NCBI GenBank assembly: GCA_963702205.1
Contig: OY969724.1
Span: 3,840,001-3,904,000 of the forward strand
DNA length: 64,000 nucleotides
Direction: 5' to 3'
From: an uncultured candidate division Zixibacteria bacterium
GTDB taxonomy: Bacteria > Zixibacteria > MSB-5A5 > GN15 > PGXB01
In this document: positions 39,184 through 49,832 of the stretch, in pieces
Layout of the letters: every line of letters begins with the position of its first letter
How positions within the stretch are numbered: the stretch's first letter is position 1
Position numbers and translations under genes: made by a program
The notes under the pieces: generated by a model
Database searches by the model: none
Told to the model about the DNA's origin: nothing
What the model saw: the letters and a program-made list of their open reading frames with translations, nothing else

Positions 39184-40545
39184 ATGACACGACAACGAAC
39201 AGCCCGGGAACAACTTCTCCTCGGCTCGGTTTTTTCCCTGATAATTCTGGCAGCGATATTTTTATCCGGATGCTCCGGCGATCCTGATCCTAAAACCGCT
39301 CGCGGGGGTGAGCCGGCGATTCCTGCGGTTGAGGCGGTGCGGGCCCGGTACGGCAGCTTACCGTTGTCCGAGCGCCTGAGTGGAGTGGTCAAGGCCCAAA
39401 ACCAGGTGGAACTTTATCCCCAGATCAGCGCGCCCGTTATGAAAGTATATGTCAACAACGGCGATCTGGTTACGGCCGGAAGTCCGCTGGTACAGCTTCG
39501 CGATACCGAATTCCGCGAGCAGCTCAAACAGGCCGATGCCGATTATCAGATAGCGGTGGCGCAGGCCAAACAGGCCGATGCCGAACTCAAACGCGCCAAT
39601 GAAGAACTTCGCCGCAATACCAGCCTGTCGGAGAAAAATCTGATCAGCGCAACCGAGTTTGAAAAAATACAAACCCAGGCCGTGGCGGCCGAAGCCGATG
39701 CCGACCTGTCGCACGCCAAAGTAAACCAGGCCCAGGCGATGGTGGACCAGCGCAAGGAAGTGCTGTCGCGGACCATCATACGAGCGCCGGTTGACGGATC
39801 GGTGGGCAATCGCAACGCCGAAGTGGGCATGCTGGTAACGCCAAGCACGAGGATATTTACCCTCGGGCAGCTCGATTCGGTGCGAGTCGAAATCGTCCTG
39901 ACCGACCGCATGTTGACATACATAAAAGAAGATCAACGCTCGGAAATTTTGTCACCGGCAATTCCGTTCGGTTCCGTCTCCGCCCCTATTTCCCGCATCT
40001 CCCCGTTTTTGCATCCCATCGCCCACAGTACGATGGCGGAAATCGACCTAGTCAACCCGGACAGATCCCTCAAGCCGGGAATGTTCGTGACGGTCGACGT
40101 GTTTTACGGCGAAAGCGAGAAAGCCACACTGGTGCCGCTGAGCGCCCTTTGGGAGAATCCGGTCAGTGCCACGGTCGGTGTATTCGTCTGCCGCGATTCT
40201 CTGACGGGAGAACCGTCGGCCATAGCCGGCGGCTCGCACGGCGGCGCTTTGACCGACCCCGTACCGTTTCAGTTCGTCCCGGTCGATGTCATCGCCAAGG
40301 GGCGGATGAACGCGGCGGTAAACGAGATTAAACCCGATGACTGGATCGTGACCCTCGGACAGGAACTGCTCGGTGCCGATACGGCCGAGGCCCGGGTCAA
40401 GCCGGTCAACTGGAAATGGGTGGAAGATTTGCAAAAGCTGCAGCGCGAGGATATGCTGAACCAAATCATGAAGCAACAGCAAAAGGAAGGTATCGATTCC
40501 TCTCTTATCGGATCGGTCCCGAAAGGCAAAGAGGATGGCGTATGA
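39184..40545 (+). CDS. RND efflux periplasmic adaptor (MFP), probable lipoprotein
   Basis: LSGC lipobox; coiled coil; IRAPVDG and LKPGMFV motifs. Confidence 0.92.
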   Translation: MTRQRTAREQLLLGSVFSLIILAAIFLSGCSGDPDPKTARGGEPAIPAVEAVRARYGSLPLSERLSGVVKAQNQVELYPQISAPVMKVYVNNGDLVTAGSPLVQLRDTEFREQLKQADADYQIAVAQAKQADAELKRANEELRRNTSLSEKNLISATEFEKIQTQAVAAEADADLSHAKVNQAQAMVDQRKEVLSRTIIRAPVDGSVGNRNAEVGMLVTPSTRIFTLGQLDSVRVEIVLTDRMLTYIKEDQRSEILSPAIPFGSVSAPISRISPFLHPIAHSTMAEIDLVNPDRSLKPGMFVTVDVFYGESEKATLVPLSALWENPVSATVGVFVCRDSLTGEPSAIAGGSHGGALTDPVPFQFVPVDVIAKGRMNAAVNEIKPDDWIVTLGQELLGADTAEARVKPVNWKWVEDLQKLQREDMLNQIMKQQQKEGIDSSLIGSVPKGKEDGV

Positions 40546-43500
40546 ACATAACGCGGATATCGGTCAAGCGGCCTATCGCCACCTCGATGGTGTTTCTTAT
40601 CGTTATTGTCCTCGGCATTACCGGTTTCAGATTTCTGCCGGTTGACCTCCTGCCTCCGATAGACTTTCCCCGTCTTACGGTTTCCACGTCATATCCCAAC
40701 GTCGGGCCCGAAGAAATCGAAACCATCATCACCGATAAAGTCGAAAACTCCATCGCCAGCGTTCCGAATGTAACGCGGGTGCGTTCCGTATCCGAGGAAG
40801 GCCGCAGCCGGGTTACGCTCGAATTTTCACAGGGAACCAATATCGATGCCGCGGCCGATGACATTCGGGCCGCGCTGGACCGCATCCGCGATGATTTTCC
40901 GCCCGAAGTGGAAGCGCCGCGCCTGTTCAAGTTCGATCCCGATAATTTCCCGGTCGTGATCCTCGGCGCGTACTCAGAACACTCCATGGACCAGATGACC
41001 CTAATCCTCGAACGGGAGATATCACAGCGTTTCGAACAGATACCGGGAGTCGGATCGATCGACGTCTGGGGCGGCGTTTATCGTGAAATACAGGTCCGGC
41101 TCAAGCGCGACCGGCTGGCCTCGTCGCACCTGTCCGCGTCGGACGTCAGAGCGGCCCTTCAGCGCGAAAACGTCACCCTGCCCGGCGGTGACATGCGCGA
41201 AGGTGTCAGCGATATGTACGTTCGTACCCGGGGAGAATATCAGTCGCTCGATGAAATAGCCAATACGATCATTACGGTCGTCGACGGCTATCCGATCCGC
41301 GTCCGCGACGTCGCCGAAGTGGTCGACAGTTTCGAAGACGTCAACCGGGTAGTACAGGTGGACGGCCGACCCATGGTCCGTCTCGGGATTCGCAAGCAGT
41401 CCGGGGCGAATACGGTCGAAGTGGCGCGGCAGGCCCGCGCGGTGATGAACCAGATCAACAACGAACGCGACGACGTCAAGCTGATGATGGTCATAGATCA
41501 AAGTGATTTTATTCAGAACTCGATAAACAATGTCAAGCAGTCGGCCCTTTTCGGCGGCATTCTGGCGATCCTTATACTTTATCTTTTCCTGAGAAACGGA
41601 TCGACGACGTTTATTATTGCACTTTCGATCCCGATTTCAATTATCGCGACTTTCGGCCTGCTGTTTTTCGACAACCTGACTTTGAATCAGATGAGCTTCG
41701 GGGGGCTTGCCCTCGGGATAGGGTTAATTGTCGACAACTCCATTGTCGTACTGGAAAATATCGTCCGTCTTCGCGAGAATAAACATTCTCTCGAAGAAAG
41801 CGCCCTGGTCGGAACCAAGCAGGTCACCGGAGCTATCATTGCATCGACCCTTACGACCATAGTGATATTTTTGCCGGTCGTCTTCATGCGGACCATCTCC
41901 GGTATGCTGTTCAGAGAACTCGCCTTGGTGGTCGTGTTCGCGCTGCTTTGTTCGCTGGTGGTGGCGTTGACGGTGGTGCCGATGCTGGCCAGCCGGTTTT
42001 TGACTATCCCGGTCGGTGAAAAGGCGGAAAAGGCCCACAGGTCGCGTATCGGTCGGTGGTTCGATCAACTCGAAAACAGATATGTCGGGCTGCTCGGCAA
42101 GGCAATGCACCACAAGAAAATTGTCTATGGTGTAACTTTGTCGCTTATGGTCATAACTCTTATGCTATGGCCGCTGATACCGGTAGAACTGATGCCGCAG
42201 ACGGACGCAGACGAAATAGATATTGACCTCATGATGGCCCAGGGAACGAATATCGCCGTTGTGGATCTCTATCTGAAGGATCTGGAAAAGAAAGTGCGCG
42301 AAATCGCGCCGATGGATCAATTACGCCACATAACGACTCAAATTCGCTCGGGCGATGCCACGGTCGAAATTGCCTTAAAGGGCGCCGGTGAGCGGACGAT
42401 TAACAGCTTGGCCCTGGCCGATAAAATACGGCGCGGGGTCTCCGGAGAAATACCCGGAGCGGATATTCGTGTGTCGGCCCAATCCGGCCTGTGGATGCTT
42501 CGGCGTTTGTTCGGTTCCGGCGGGTCGGAGGCGATTCAAATCGAACTGCGGGGCTATGATCTGAATATAGCCGACCGTGTGGCCAACAACATCAAACTGG
42601 CAGCCGAAAAAGTGCCCGAAATATCGGACGTGCGGGTCAGTCGTCGCGAAGGCCGCCCGGAACAAAACCTGATCGTGGATCGCGAGAAGATCGCCGATCT
42701 GGGACTGTCGGTCAACGATATTGCCCAGGTCGTTCAAACCAACATCGGCGGCAGCCAGGCCGGGGTCTATCGTGAAGGCGGTGAAGAATACCCGATTACG
42801 GTCCGTCTGCAGCCGGAAGACCGCCTGACGACCAACGATTTAAGCAATGTCTCGATACACACACCCAGGGGTGATATTGTCCCCGTATCGTCGGTAGTGC
42901 ACGCCGAACGCCGGCGCGGCCCGACCGAAATCGAACGAATCGACGGGCAGCGAGTAACATATATCACGGCCAACCTTCAAAGCGGTGCGGCACTGGTCGA
43001 CGTCATCAAGAAACTCCAGAAAGCCGTGCGCGGCGTCCCCCTCCCGCAGGGGTTTTCCGTGGTGTTCGGAGGTGAGTACGAAGAACAACAAAAGGCCGCA
43101 ACCGATTTTATGCTTTCGATTTTGATGGCGGTCATATTGATCTATATGGTCATGGCGGCGCAGTTCGAGCGGTTTCTCGATCCGCTGATAGTCATGATCA
43201 CCGTCCCGCTGGCCATTGTCGGCGTCGTCCCGACCCTGCTTCTGACCGGCACGACGCTCAACATACAGAGCCTGATGGGTGTCGTTATGCTGTTGGGGAT
43301 TGTCGTGAATAATGCCATCGTGCTTATAGATTATATCAACCTGATGCGCCGCGAACACGACCTCGAAATCAAAGACGCCGTCCTGCAATCGGCGAAACTG
43401 CGTCTGCGGCCGATTTTGATGACCACGTCGACGACCGTGCTGGGCATGCTGCCGCTGGCTTTCGTCCTCGGCGCCGGGAGTGAGATTCAGGCGGCTCTGG

Positions 43501-43658
43501 CTCGCGCGGTTATCGGCGGCCTGACCGTCTCGACATTAATCACACTCGTTCTCATTCCCATTACGTATAATAGTGTGTACGGCCTTCTGGAGCGAATTCG
43601 CGCCAAACGTCGTATAACCTCGCCCTCACCCGCGCCGCTTACCGGCGAATCGTCATAA
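40542..43658 (+). CDS. RND efflux permease (AcrB/AcrD/AcrF family)
   Basis: Start MNITRISVKRP; GLIVDNSIVVLEN, GIVVNNAIVLID and RLRPILMT motifs. Confidence 0.95.
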   Translation: MNITRISVKRPIATSMVFLIVIVLGITGFRFLPVDLLPPIDFPRLTVSTSYPNVGPEEIETIITDKVENSIASVPNVTRVRSVSEEGRSRVTLEFSQGTNIDAAADDIRAALDRIRDDFPPEVEAPRLFKFDPDNFPVVILGAYSEHSMDQMTLILEREISQRFEQIPGVGSIDVWGGVYREIQVRLKRDRLASSHLSASDVRAALQRENVTLPGGDMREGVSDMYVRTRGEYQSLDEIANTIITVVDGYPIRVRDVAEVVDSFEDVNRVVQVDGRPMVRLGIRKQSGANTVEVARQARAVMNQINNERDDVKLMMVIDQSDFIQNSINNVKQSALFGGILAILILYLFLRNGSTTFIIALSIPISIIATFGLLFFDNLTLNQMSFGGLALGIGLIVDNSIVVLENIVRLRENKHSLEESALVGTKQVTGAIIASTLTTIVIFLPVVFMRTISGMLFRELALVVVFALLCSLVVALTVVPMLASRFLTIPVGEKAEKAHRSRIGRWFDQLENRYVGLLGKAMHHKKIVYGVTLSLMVITLMLWPLIPVELMPQTDADEIDIDLMMAQGTNIAVVDLYLKDLEKKVREIAPMDQLRHITTQIRSGDATVEIALKGAGERTINSLALADKIRRGVSGEIPGADIRVSAQSGLWMLRRLFGSGGSEAIQIELRGYDLNIADRVANNIKLAAEKVPEISDVRVSRREGRPEQNLIVDREKIADLGLSVNDIAQVVQTNIGGSQAGVYREGGEEYPITVRLQPEDRLTTNDLSNVSIHTPRGDIVPVSSVVHAERRRGPTEIERIDGQRVTYITANLQSGAALVDVIKKLQKAVRGVPLPQGFSVVFGGEYEEQQKAATDFMLSILMAVILIYMVMAAQFERFLDPLIVMITVPLAIVGVVPTLLLTGTTLNIQSLMGVVMLLGIVVNNAIVLIDYINLMRREHDLEIKDAVLQSAKLRLRPILMTTSTTVLGMLPLAFVLGAGSEIQAALARAVIGGLTVSTLITLVLIPITYNSVYGLLERIRAKRRITSPSPAPLTGESS

Positions 43659-43907
43659 TTTCGGGAGATTTGCCAGATACGGCCCGCGCTGCGCAAATTT
43701 GGAACAACCCTCAGAATCCGCCCGAAATCGCCTTACAGGTCGAAAATGGCCTAAAATAGCCCACCTTTGGTTCCGATAATAAACAAATGAAGGGGCGACG
43801 TGGAAAAGACCGGAAAATCACACAAAAGTCGCAACCACTCCCCCGTTTGCGTTGTTGCAACGTATATAATCCGATTCATGTTTGAAACTAAAGGAAGATA
43901 CACTTAA

Positions 43908-44831
43908 ATGAGCCTGGCAATATCGTCCGCAAAGGACGCCATTGAAAAAACACAGCCCGCGCGAAAGTCGCGGCGGATCCTGTTATGGGTGGTATACCTT
44001 CTCGCCATAGTCATAATAGCGATGTTATTCATCGACGGTTATTCGTATTACCAGACGCCCTACCTGGAACGCCCTCACCATCCCGATTACCGTGAATTCC
44101 GCCCCGCTGGAAGTCGCGGGCTGCTGTACGGTTTCATAGGAGCCGTCATGATGGTACTCATGCTGGTTTACACGATCCGCAAACGAACCAGGCTGTTCGG
44201 GCGGCGAATACCGTTGCGCCCGTTTTTGGACTTTCATATATTTATGGGAGTTTTCGGCCCCCTGATGATAGTGCTGCACACGTCATTCAAGGTGCAGGGA
44301 CTGGTGGCCGTCGCCTTTTGGTCGATGGTGGCCGTGGCGTTGAGCGGCTATTTCGGGCGATATTTATATATGCAGGTTCCGCGAAATATTGAAGATCGCG
44401 AGTTGTCGTTGCAGGAAATCGACCGGCTGGTTGCCCACATGGGACAGGAATTGAAGGACAAGTGGAATCTCAAACAGGAGACGTTGGACAAAATCAATTT
44501 CATTTTCGACAGAGCCTATGGGATCAGTGAAAAGGGCGCTTTAGGCTCGGTGCTGCGTTTATTTGTCAGCGATCTGCGCCGCCCCTGGCTCAAAGCCGGC
44601 TTGAAAAAGCGGCTTAAAAAAGCCATCCCTCTTCCCAAAAAGGAATTCGATTATATGTACCACCTGGCGGCACAGCGGGCCATACTGGTCCGGCGCCTGA
44701 CGGTTCTCGGCAAAGTCCAACGACTGTTTCATTGCTGGCATGTCATACACAAACCGTTCGCAATTATCATGTATGTCATCATGGGAGTGCACATTGGTGT
44801 CGCCATCTGGACAGGCTATGGCTGGTTTTAG
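43908..44831 (+). CDS. Inner-membrane protein, possible b-type cytochrome (ferric-reductase-like TM domain)
   Basis: About 5 TM helices with His at membrane segments (DFHIFMG, VLHTSF, WHVIHKPF, GVHIG); first gene of the cytochrome operon. Confidence 0.65.
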   Translation: MSLAISSAKDAIEKTQPARKSRRILLWVVYLLAIVIIAMLFIDGYSYYQTPYLERPHHPDYREFRPAGSRGLLYGFIGAVMMVLMLVYTIRKRTRLFGRRIPLRPFLDFHIFMGVFGPLMIVLHTSFKVQGLVAVAFWSMVAVALSGYFGRYLYMQVPRNIEDRELSLQEIDRLVAHMGQELKDKWNLKQETLDKINFIFDRAYGISEKGALGSVLRLFVSDLRRPWLKAGLKKRLKKAIPLPKKEFDYMYHLAAQRAILVRRLTVLGKVQRLFHCWHVIHKPFAIIMYVIMGVHIGVAIWTGYGWF

Positions 44832-46515
44832 GACGTTAAAATTCAGCGCCAATACGCGCAGAAATATTTATTTGGGGTTGATTATGTCGGTTATGTTTTT
44901 TTCGACTTCACGGGCACAAATATCGCCGGGTGAACTACACCGTGCGCACGCCTTTCTCGAAGGAGTCGAAAACTGCGAAAAATGCCACAGCCCTAAAGGC
45001 GATCAGCTTTCAGATAAATGTCTCGCCTGCCATGTCGCCATAGCCGACGAACGCCATACGGGCCTGGGTCTGCACGGAAACGATGAGTACGCCGAGTGCA
45101 ATCTCTGCCACGTGGAACACCACGGCCGCAACTTCGACCTGATTTATTTCAAAGACGGACAGGAACATTTCGACCACAAACAGACCGGCTTTATGCTCGA
45201 TGGCAAGCACAGCCGGCTGGATTGTCGCCAGTGCCACATACCGAAGTACATTAAAAACGAAAATATTCGCAGAGACAAAAACATCGATCTTCAAACTACT
45301 TTTCTGGGACTCGATTCGTCGTGCACCAACTGCCATTTCGATGAGCATCGCAGGCAGTTGTCGGGCGACTGCCGGTCGTGCCATGGTACAGCGGCGTGGA
45401 AGCCGACACTGGGCTTTGACCACTCCCAAACCGCTTTTGCACTGTTGGGCCAACATCAGAAAGTCGCCTGTGAGAAATGCCATGTTATGGTGCAGGATAC
45501 GAAAAGCACCGAAGACTCCGAATTTCGCAGGTTCAAACCGGTGGCGTTCGCGGGATGCACCGATTGTCACACCGACGCACACAAGGGCCGTCTCGGTTCC
45601 GATTGCACCGGCTGCCACTCCCCGAACGGCTGGCATAACGTTAAAACGGCCGAGTTCGATCACGATAAGACACAATTTCCTCTTAAAGGCAGGCATGTTT
45701 CGGTGACCTGCAAACAGTGCCACGGCCAACGTCCGACAACCGAGCCGATCAAATTCGCTGCCTGCCGCGACTGCCACGGCGATTTTCACAAAGGCGCTTT
45801 CGCTGCAAGATCGAGCCATGGAGCCTGCGAGGAGTGTCATACCGTCGACGGCTTTGCACCATCGACCTTCGGCATCGCTCGGCACGATACGACCGCTTTT
45901 CCGCTTCAGGGGGCGCATCTGGCTATTCCGTGTCAGAGTTGCCACGTCTTATCGACCTCGACGGGAAAAACGCAGTACAAATTCGTATTCGAATCCACCG
46001 TTTGCCGGGCCTGTCACGACGACCCGCACGGCGGGCGGGTCAACCGGTTTATCGCCGATGGCGGATGCCAGGCGTGTCATTCGGTCGAAACCTGGCGGAC
46101 GGTCAGTTTCGACCATAGTACAACCGATTTCGCTCTTGAAGGCAAACACGCCGGCGTTTCGTGCCGCGACTGTCATCTATTGAAAGATTCGACAAATCTC
46201 GCGTCTATGATCTTCCAGCCGCTCGAAACCGGCTGCGTGTCGTGCCATTCCGGTCCCCATCGAGGGCAGTTCGCCGCGGCGCCCGACGACAAGGATTGTA
46301 CTGCCTGCCATGATCCGTCGTCGTGGAAAAATCTCGCTTTCGATCACGGACGCGATTCCCGATATGCGCTGGAGGGAGCGCACCGACGGGTCGCGTGCAA
46401 AAAATGTCATTTGACGGAGTCGGATGCGTCCGGCTCATTCACACGGTACCGTCCGCTTGATACTCGCTGTGAATCGTGTCATGGAACGAAACCTGTAAAA
46501 CAGGAGTCCGGGTAA
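44818..46515 (+). CDS. Multiheme cytochrome c, 20 CxxCH motifs
   Basis: 20 CxxCH counted; repeating FDH..F.L.G.H units; signal peptide; start 44818 or 44883. Confidence 0.92.
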   Translation: MAGFRTLKFSANTRRNIYLGLIMSVMFFSTSRAQISPGELHRAHAFLEGVENCEKCHSPKGDQLSDKCLACHVAIADERHTGLGLHGNDEYAECNLCHVEHHGRNFDLIYFKDGQEHFDHKQTGFMLDGKHSRLDCRQCHIPKYIKNENIRRDKNIDLQTTFLGLDSSCTNCHFDEHRRQLSGDCRSCHGTAAWKPTLGFDHSQTAFALLGQHQKVACEKCHVMVQDTKSTEDSEFRRFKPVAFAGCTDCHTDAHKGRLGSDCTGCHSPNGWHNVKTAEFDHDKTQFPLKGRHVSVTCKQCHGQRPTTEPIKFAACRDCHGDFHKGAFAARSSHGACEECHTVDGFAPSTFGIARHDTTAFPLQGAHLAIPCQSCHVLSTSTGKTQYKFVFESTVCRACHDDPHGGRVNRFIADGGCQACHSVETWRTVSFDHSTTDFALEGKHAGVSCRDCHLLKDSTNLASMIFQPLETGCVSCHSGPHRGQFAAAPDDKDCTACHDPSSWKNLAFDHGRDSRYALEGAHRRVACKKCHLTESDASGSFTRYRPLDTRCESCHGTKPVKQESG

Positions 46516-48197
46516 TGAAAAATTTCATTTTCCTGATGATTTTACCGGTTATGGCTATGGCTGTCGAGGAACCAGTATCGGAGGTTCAAAATCCCCACGG
46601 AAAACTAATGTGGGACTGCAGCGATTGTCACACGGCCGAATCATGGAGTAAGATACGCTCCGACATGAACTTCGATCATTCCAAAACAGGATTCAACCTG
46701 ATCGGAGCCCACAAACAGGCACTGTGCGCCGAATGTCACAAAAGCCAGGTGTTCAGCCGGGTCGGGACGGCCTGTCTCGACTGTCACGGCGACCATCACG
46801 AGGGCCAGCTCGGAACCAATTGCGAGGAATGCCACACGCCCAGAGACTGGCAGCCCCGTCAGGACCTGCTCATGAAGCACGCCGAAAGGGGTTTCCCACT
46901 CACCGGAGCCCATGCCGTCGCCGACTGTGAATCGTGTCATACGGGGAGCGACCGACTCGAATATGCCGGAACGCCAACCGACTGCGAATCATGCCATATC
47001 AACGACGCCCGGCGCGCGACCGACCCGGATCACAAGCAGGCGGCATTTCGGAGCGATTGCCAGCGATGTCACGACGCCGCTTTCGGAACCTGGACCAGGA
47101 CAACCTATGAACATCCGGCGTCATTTCCTCTGACCGGTGCGCATAGTACTATCGCCTGCGGTGCGTGTCATGCCCTGGGTTTCGCCGGAACGTCGCCGCT
47201 CTGTTTTTCATGCCACGAAACCGAATATACGTCAACCGACGACCCCAAACATCAGGACGCGGGATTTTCCACCGAATGCCAGCAGTGTCATAATACTTTA
47301 GCCTGGCAGCCCGCCTTTTTCGATCATAATAATACCAGTTTCCCGCTGCAGGGTGCGCATATCACGGTAACCTGTCTCGATTGTCATCAGTCGGGATACG
47401 CTGGGACGCCGACGACTTGTGTTCCCTGTCACCAGCAGGATTACGATGGCGCGACTGATCCCAATCATTTTGAGTCGGGCTTTTCTACCGAGTGCCAGGC
47501 TTGTCATACTTTCGATGCCTGGCAACCGGCGACGTTCGATCACAACAACACCGGCTTCCCGCTGCAGGGAGCACATTTGACAGTCGCCTGTATTGATTGT
47601 CACCAGTCGGGTTATGCCGGGACACCGTCAACCTGCGTCCCCTGTCACCAGCAGGATTACGATGGCGCGACTGATCCCAATCATTTTGAGTCGGGCTTTT
47701 CTACCGAGTGCCAGGCTTGTCATACTTTCGATGCCTGGCAACCGGCGACGTTCGATCACAACAACACCAGCTTCCCGCTGCAGGGAGCGCACCTTACGGT
47801 GGCGTGCATAGACTGTCATCAAACGGGCTATGCCGGGACACCGTCAACCTGCGTCCCCTGTCACCAGCAGGATTATGACAACACCTCCGACCCCGATCAC
47901 ATGGCGGCTCAGTTCCCGACCGAGTGCCAGACCTGTCATACGTTCAATGCGTGGGAACCGGCCAACTGGGATCACGACGCCGCCTATTTCCCGATTTATT
48001 CCGGGTCCCATCAGGGCCGGTGGGACAACTGCGTGGAATGTCATACGATACCCACCGATTATTCGGCGTTCGACTGCACGGCCTGCCACGCCCACAACCA
48101 GACCGACACCGATAGAGATCACAACGAAGTACGAAACTACCAGTATGTCAGCAGTGCCTGTTATACCTGTCATCCCACCGGAAGGGGGGGCGATTGA
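46515..48197 (+). CDS. Multiheme cytochrome c, 22 CxxCH motifs
   Basis: 22 CxxCH counted; signal peptide MKNFIFLMILPVMAMA; TAATG overlap with the upstream gene. Confidence 0.93.
   Translation: MKNFIFLMILPVMAMAVEEPVSEVQNPHGKLMWDCSDCHTAESWSKIRSDMNFDHSKTGFNLIGAHKQALCAECHKSQVFSRVGTACLDCHGDHHEGQLGTNCEECHTPRDWQPRQDLLMKHAERGFPLTGAHAVADCESCHTGSDRLEYAGTPTDCESCHINDARRATDPDHKQAAFRSDCQRCHDAAFGTWTRTTYEHPASFPLTGAHSTIACGACHALGFAGTSPLCFSCHETEYTSTDDPKHQDAGFSTECQQCHNTLAWQPAFFDHNNTSFPLQGAHITVTCLDCHQSGYAGTPTTCVPCHQQDYDGATDPNHFESGFSTECQACHTFDAWQPATFDHNNTGFPLQGAHLTVACIDCHQSGYAGTPSTCVPCHQQDYDGATDPNHFESGFSTECQACHTFDAWQPATFDHNNTSFPLQGAHLTVACIDCHQTGYAGTPSTCVPCHQQDYDNTSDPDHMAAQFPTECQTCHTFNAWEPANWDHDAAYFPIYSGSHQGRWDNCVECHTIPTDYSAFDCTACHAHNQTDTDRDHNEVRNYQYVSSACYTCHPTGRGGD
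47319..47966 (+). repeat. Three intragenic 216-bp tandem repeats (72 aa, 3 hemes each)
   Basis: TTCGATCA anchor at 47319, 47535 and 47751; a stretch of more than 120 bp is identical between adjacent copies. Confidence 0.9.
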
Positions 48198-49810
48198 GAC
48201 GAACCATCGGAGCAATCTCGCTTGTAGTGCTGATTTTATCGGTACCACTTGTTAATGCGGGCGACAGCGCCTTTAAAGTGACCTATGTCTCCGCGGAGCA
48301 TATCTATATCGACGGCGGAACCGAAGAGGGGTTATCCGTCGGCGATACACTTACGTTTGTCGACAAAAATCCGGACACCACTTTAGTCGAGTTGGTTTAC
48401 ACGGCCGGGCATTCATCTTCCGGGATAAGAATTTCCGGATCAAGCTCACCGGTCGTCGGTGACAAGCTCGTTGCGTCACCAAAGGTACAGACGGAACGTC
48501 CCATGGAACCGAAACCGATTATAGTATCGGAACCGCCGGAAAACGTGCCTGATGAAATAGTGCAGAATCAGCCGTTCGATGATGAGATATCACCAGCGAC
48601 CGAACTTAAGGGCACTATTTCGTTCGGACTCTATCACAGGAGCGATCAGAGCCCGGCCAATCTGGATTTTACTCAGACCAATACCCGCCTGAACCTTAAA
48701 GTGCATCGACTATGGAACGAGCATTTTACGCTGGCGGTTCGTTCGCGGGGACGGTACGACGCCCGGGGCCGGGCCTTCACGCAGGTGGGCAGTTCCGCCT
48801 GGGAGAACCGTTTGTGGGAATTGTCGATGATCTATGAGAACAATGACAACGGCGTGTATGCCGCCGTCGGGAGAATTCTCCCCCGCCGTCTGGCTGCGGC
48901 CGGTTACCTTGATGGTGCGATGGCGGAATTCAGGCTGGCGAATTCGATGCGCCTTGGTGTACTTGGCGGCAGTCAGCCCGACTGGTTGTACCGCACGTCG
49001 GGGCCGTCGCTGAATCGAGGCGGAGCTTACATCACTTTTCTGTCGGGCTCGAGACGTAATTTCTATTTTGAACAAACCCTGGCCGGTATCGGGGAGACCC
49101 ACGCCGACAGAATCAGCCGGTCGTTTGTTGCCTTATCCGGAGTCATGTCGTACGGTTCCCGCTGGGGCATAAGTCACACGGCCGAAATAGATATCAATAC
49201 CGGGTGGCGTAAAGAACGTTCGGGACAAACGGTTGCGGTTTCGAGAGCGTACGTTTACGGATATTATAGATTGAGCCGGGCGCTGCGGTTCGGCCTGAGT
49301 TATGACAATCTCAAGCGCTACTGGACGTATGAATACATTTCGATGGCCGACAGCCTCTTTGACGACCGGGCACGGCGCGGCTGGCGGGCGCGGACCGACC
49401 TGTCGCCCATGCAGAACTGGTATCTGTCCGGAAGTTTCGGCCTGCGGCACAATCCCGAAGAAAACGCCACCGAAACCTATTCGTTCAACGTACGGAAAAC
49501 GAGATTTATAATTCATGCCGTATCGGTTGCGTTTACGAATAACGGTTTCGACGGACCGCACGAGCACGGAACCAATTATTCCGCCCGCGTCCAGGTTTTC
49601 ACGGTCAAGCCGGGGATCTGGCATTTCGCTTACGGGCGGTACAGGTACACCGTGGATGACGTCAACGAAAGCCGAAGCAGTTGGTATCTGGAGTCCGGGC
49701 TCGATACCGATTTCGGCAGAAACTATTATACCGGAGGCTCGGTTCAATACAGTACCGGTGCCGATATCAGCGGCTGGAGATACCAGCTATCAATCGGTTA
49801 CCGGCTTTAA
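48194..49810 (+). CDS. Probable outer-membrane beta-barrel (porin) with an N-terminal domain
   Basis: Signal peptide, Pro-rich linker, many amphipathic beta-strands, C-terminal YQLSIGYRL; TTGA overlap with the cytochrome gene. Confidence 0.7.
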   Translation: MRRTIGAISLVVLILSVPLVNAGDSAFKVTYVSAEHIYIDGGTEEGLSVGDTLTFVDKNPDTTLVELVYTAGHSSSGIRISGSSSPVVGDKLVASPKVQTERPMEPKPIIVSEPPENVPDEIVQNQPFDDEISPATELKGTISFGLYHRSDQSPANLDFTQTNTRLNLKVHRLWNEHFTLAVRSRGRYDARGRAFTQVGSSAWENRLWELSMIYENNDNGVYAAVGRILPRRLAAAGYLDGAMAEFRLANSMRLGVLGGSQPDWLYRTSGPSLNRGGAYITFLSGSRRNFYFEQTLAGIGETHADRISRSFVALSGVMSYGSRWGISHTAEIDINTGWRKERSGQTVAVSRAYVYGYYRLSRALRFGLSYDNLKRYWTYEYISMADSLFDDRARRGWRARTDLSPMQNWYLSGSFGLRHNPEENATETYSFNVRKTRFIIHAVSVAFTNNGFDGPHEHGTNYSARVQVFTVKPGIWHFAYGRYRYTVDDVNESRSSWYLESGLDTDFGRNYYTGGSVQYSTGADISGWRYQLSIGYRL

Positions 49811-49832
49811 AACTGCGTCTTGCTGAAGTACT

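Noticed and set aside
47319..47966. Diversity-generating retroelement template/variable repeats
   Set aside because: In-frame tandem coding repeats, differences not confined to adenines, and no reverse transcriptase.
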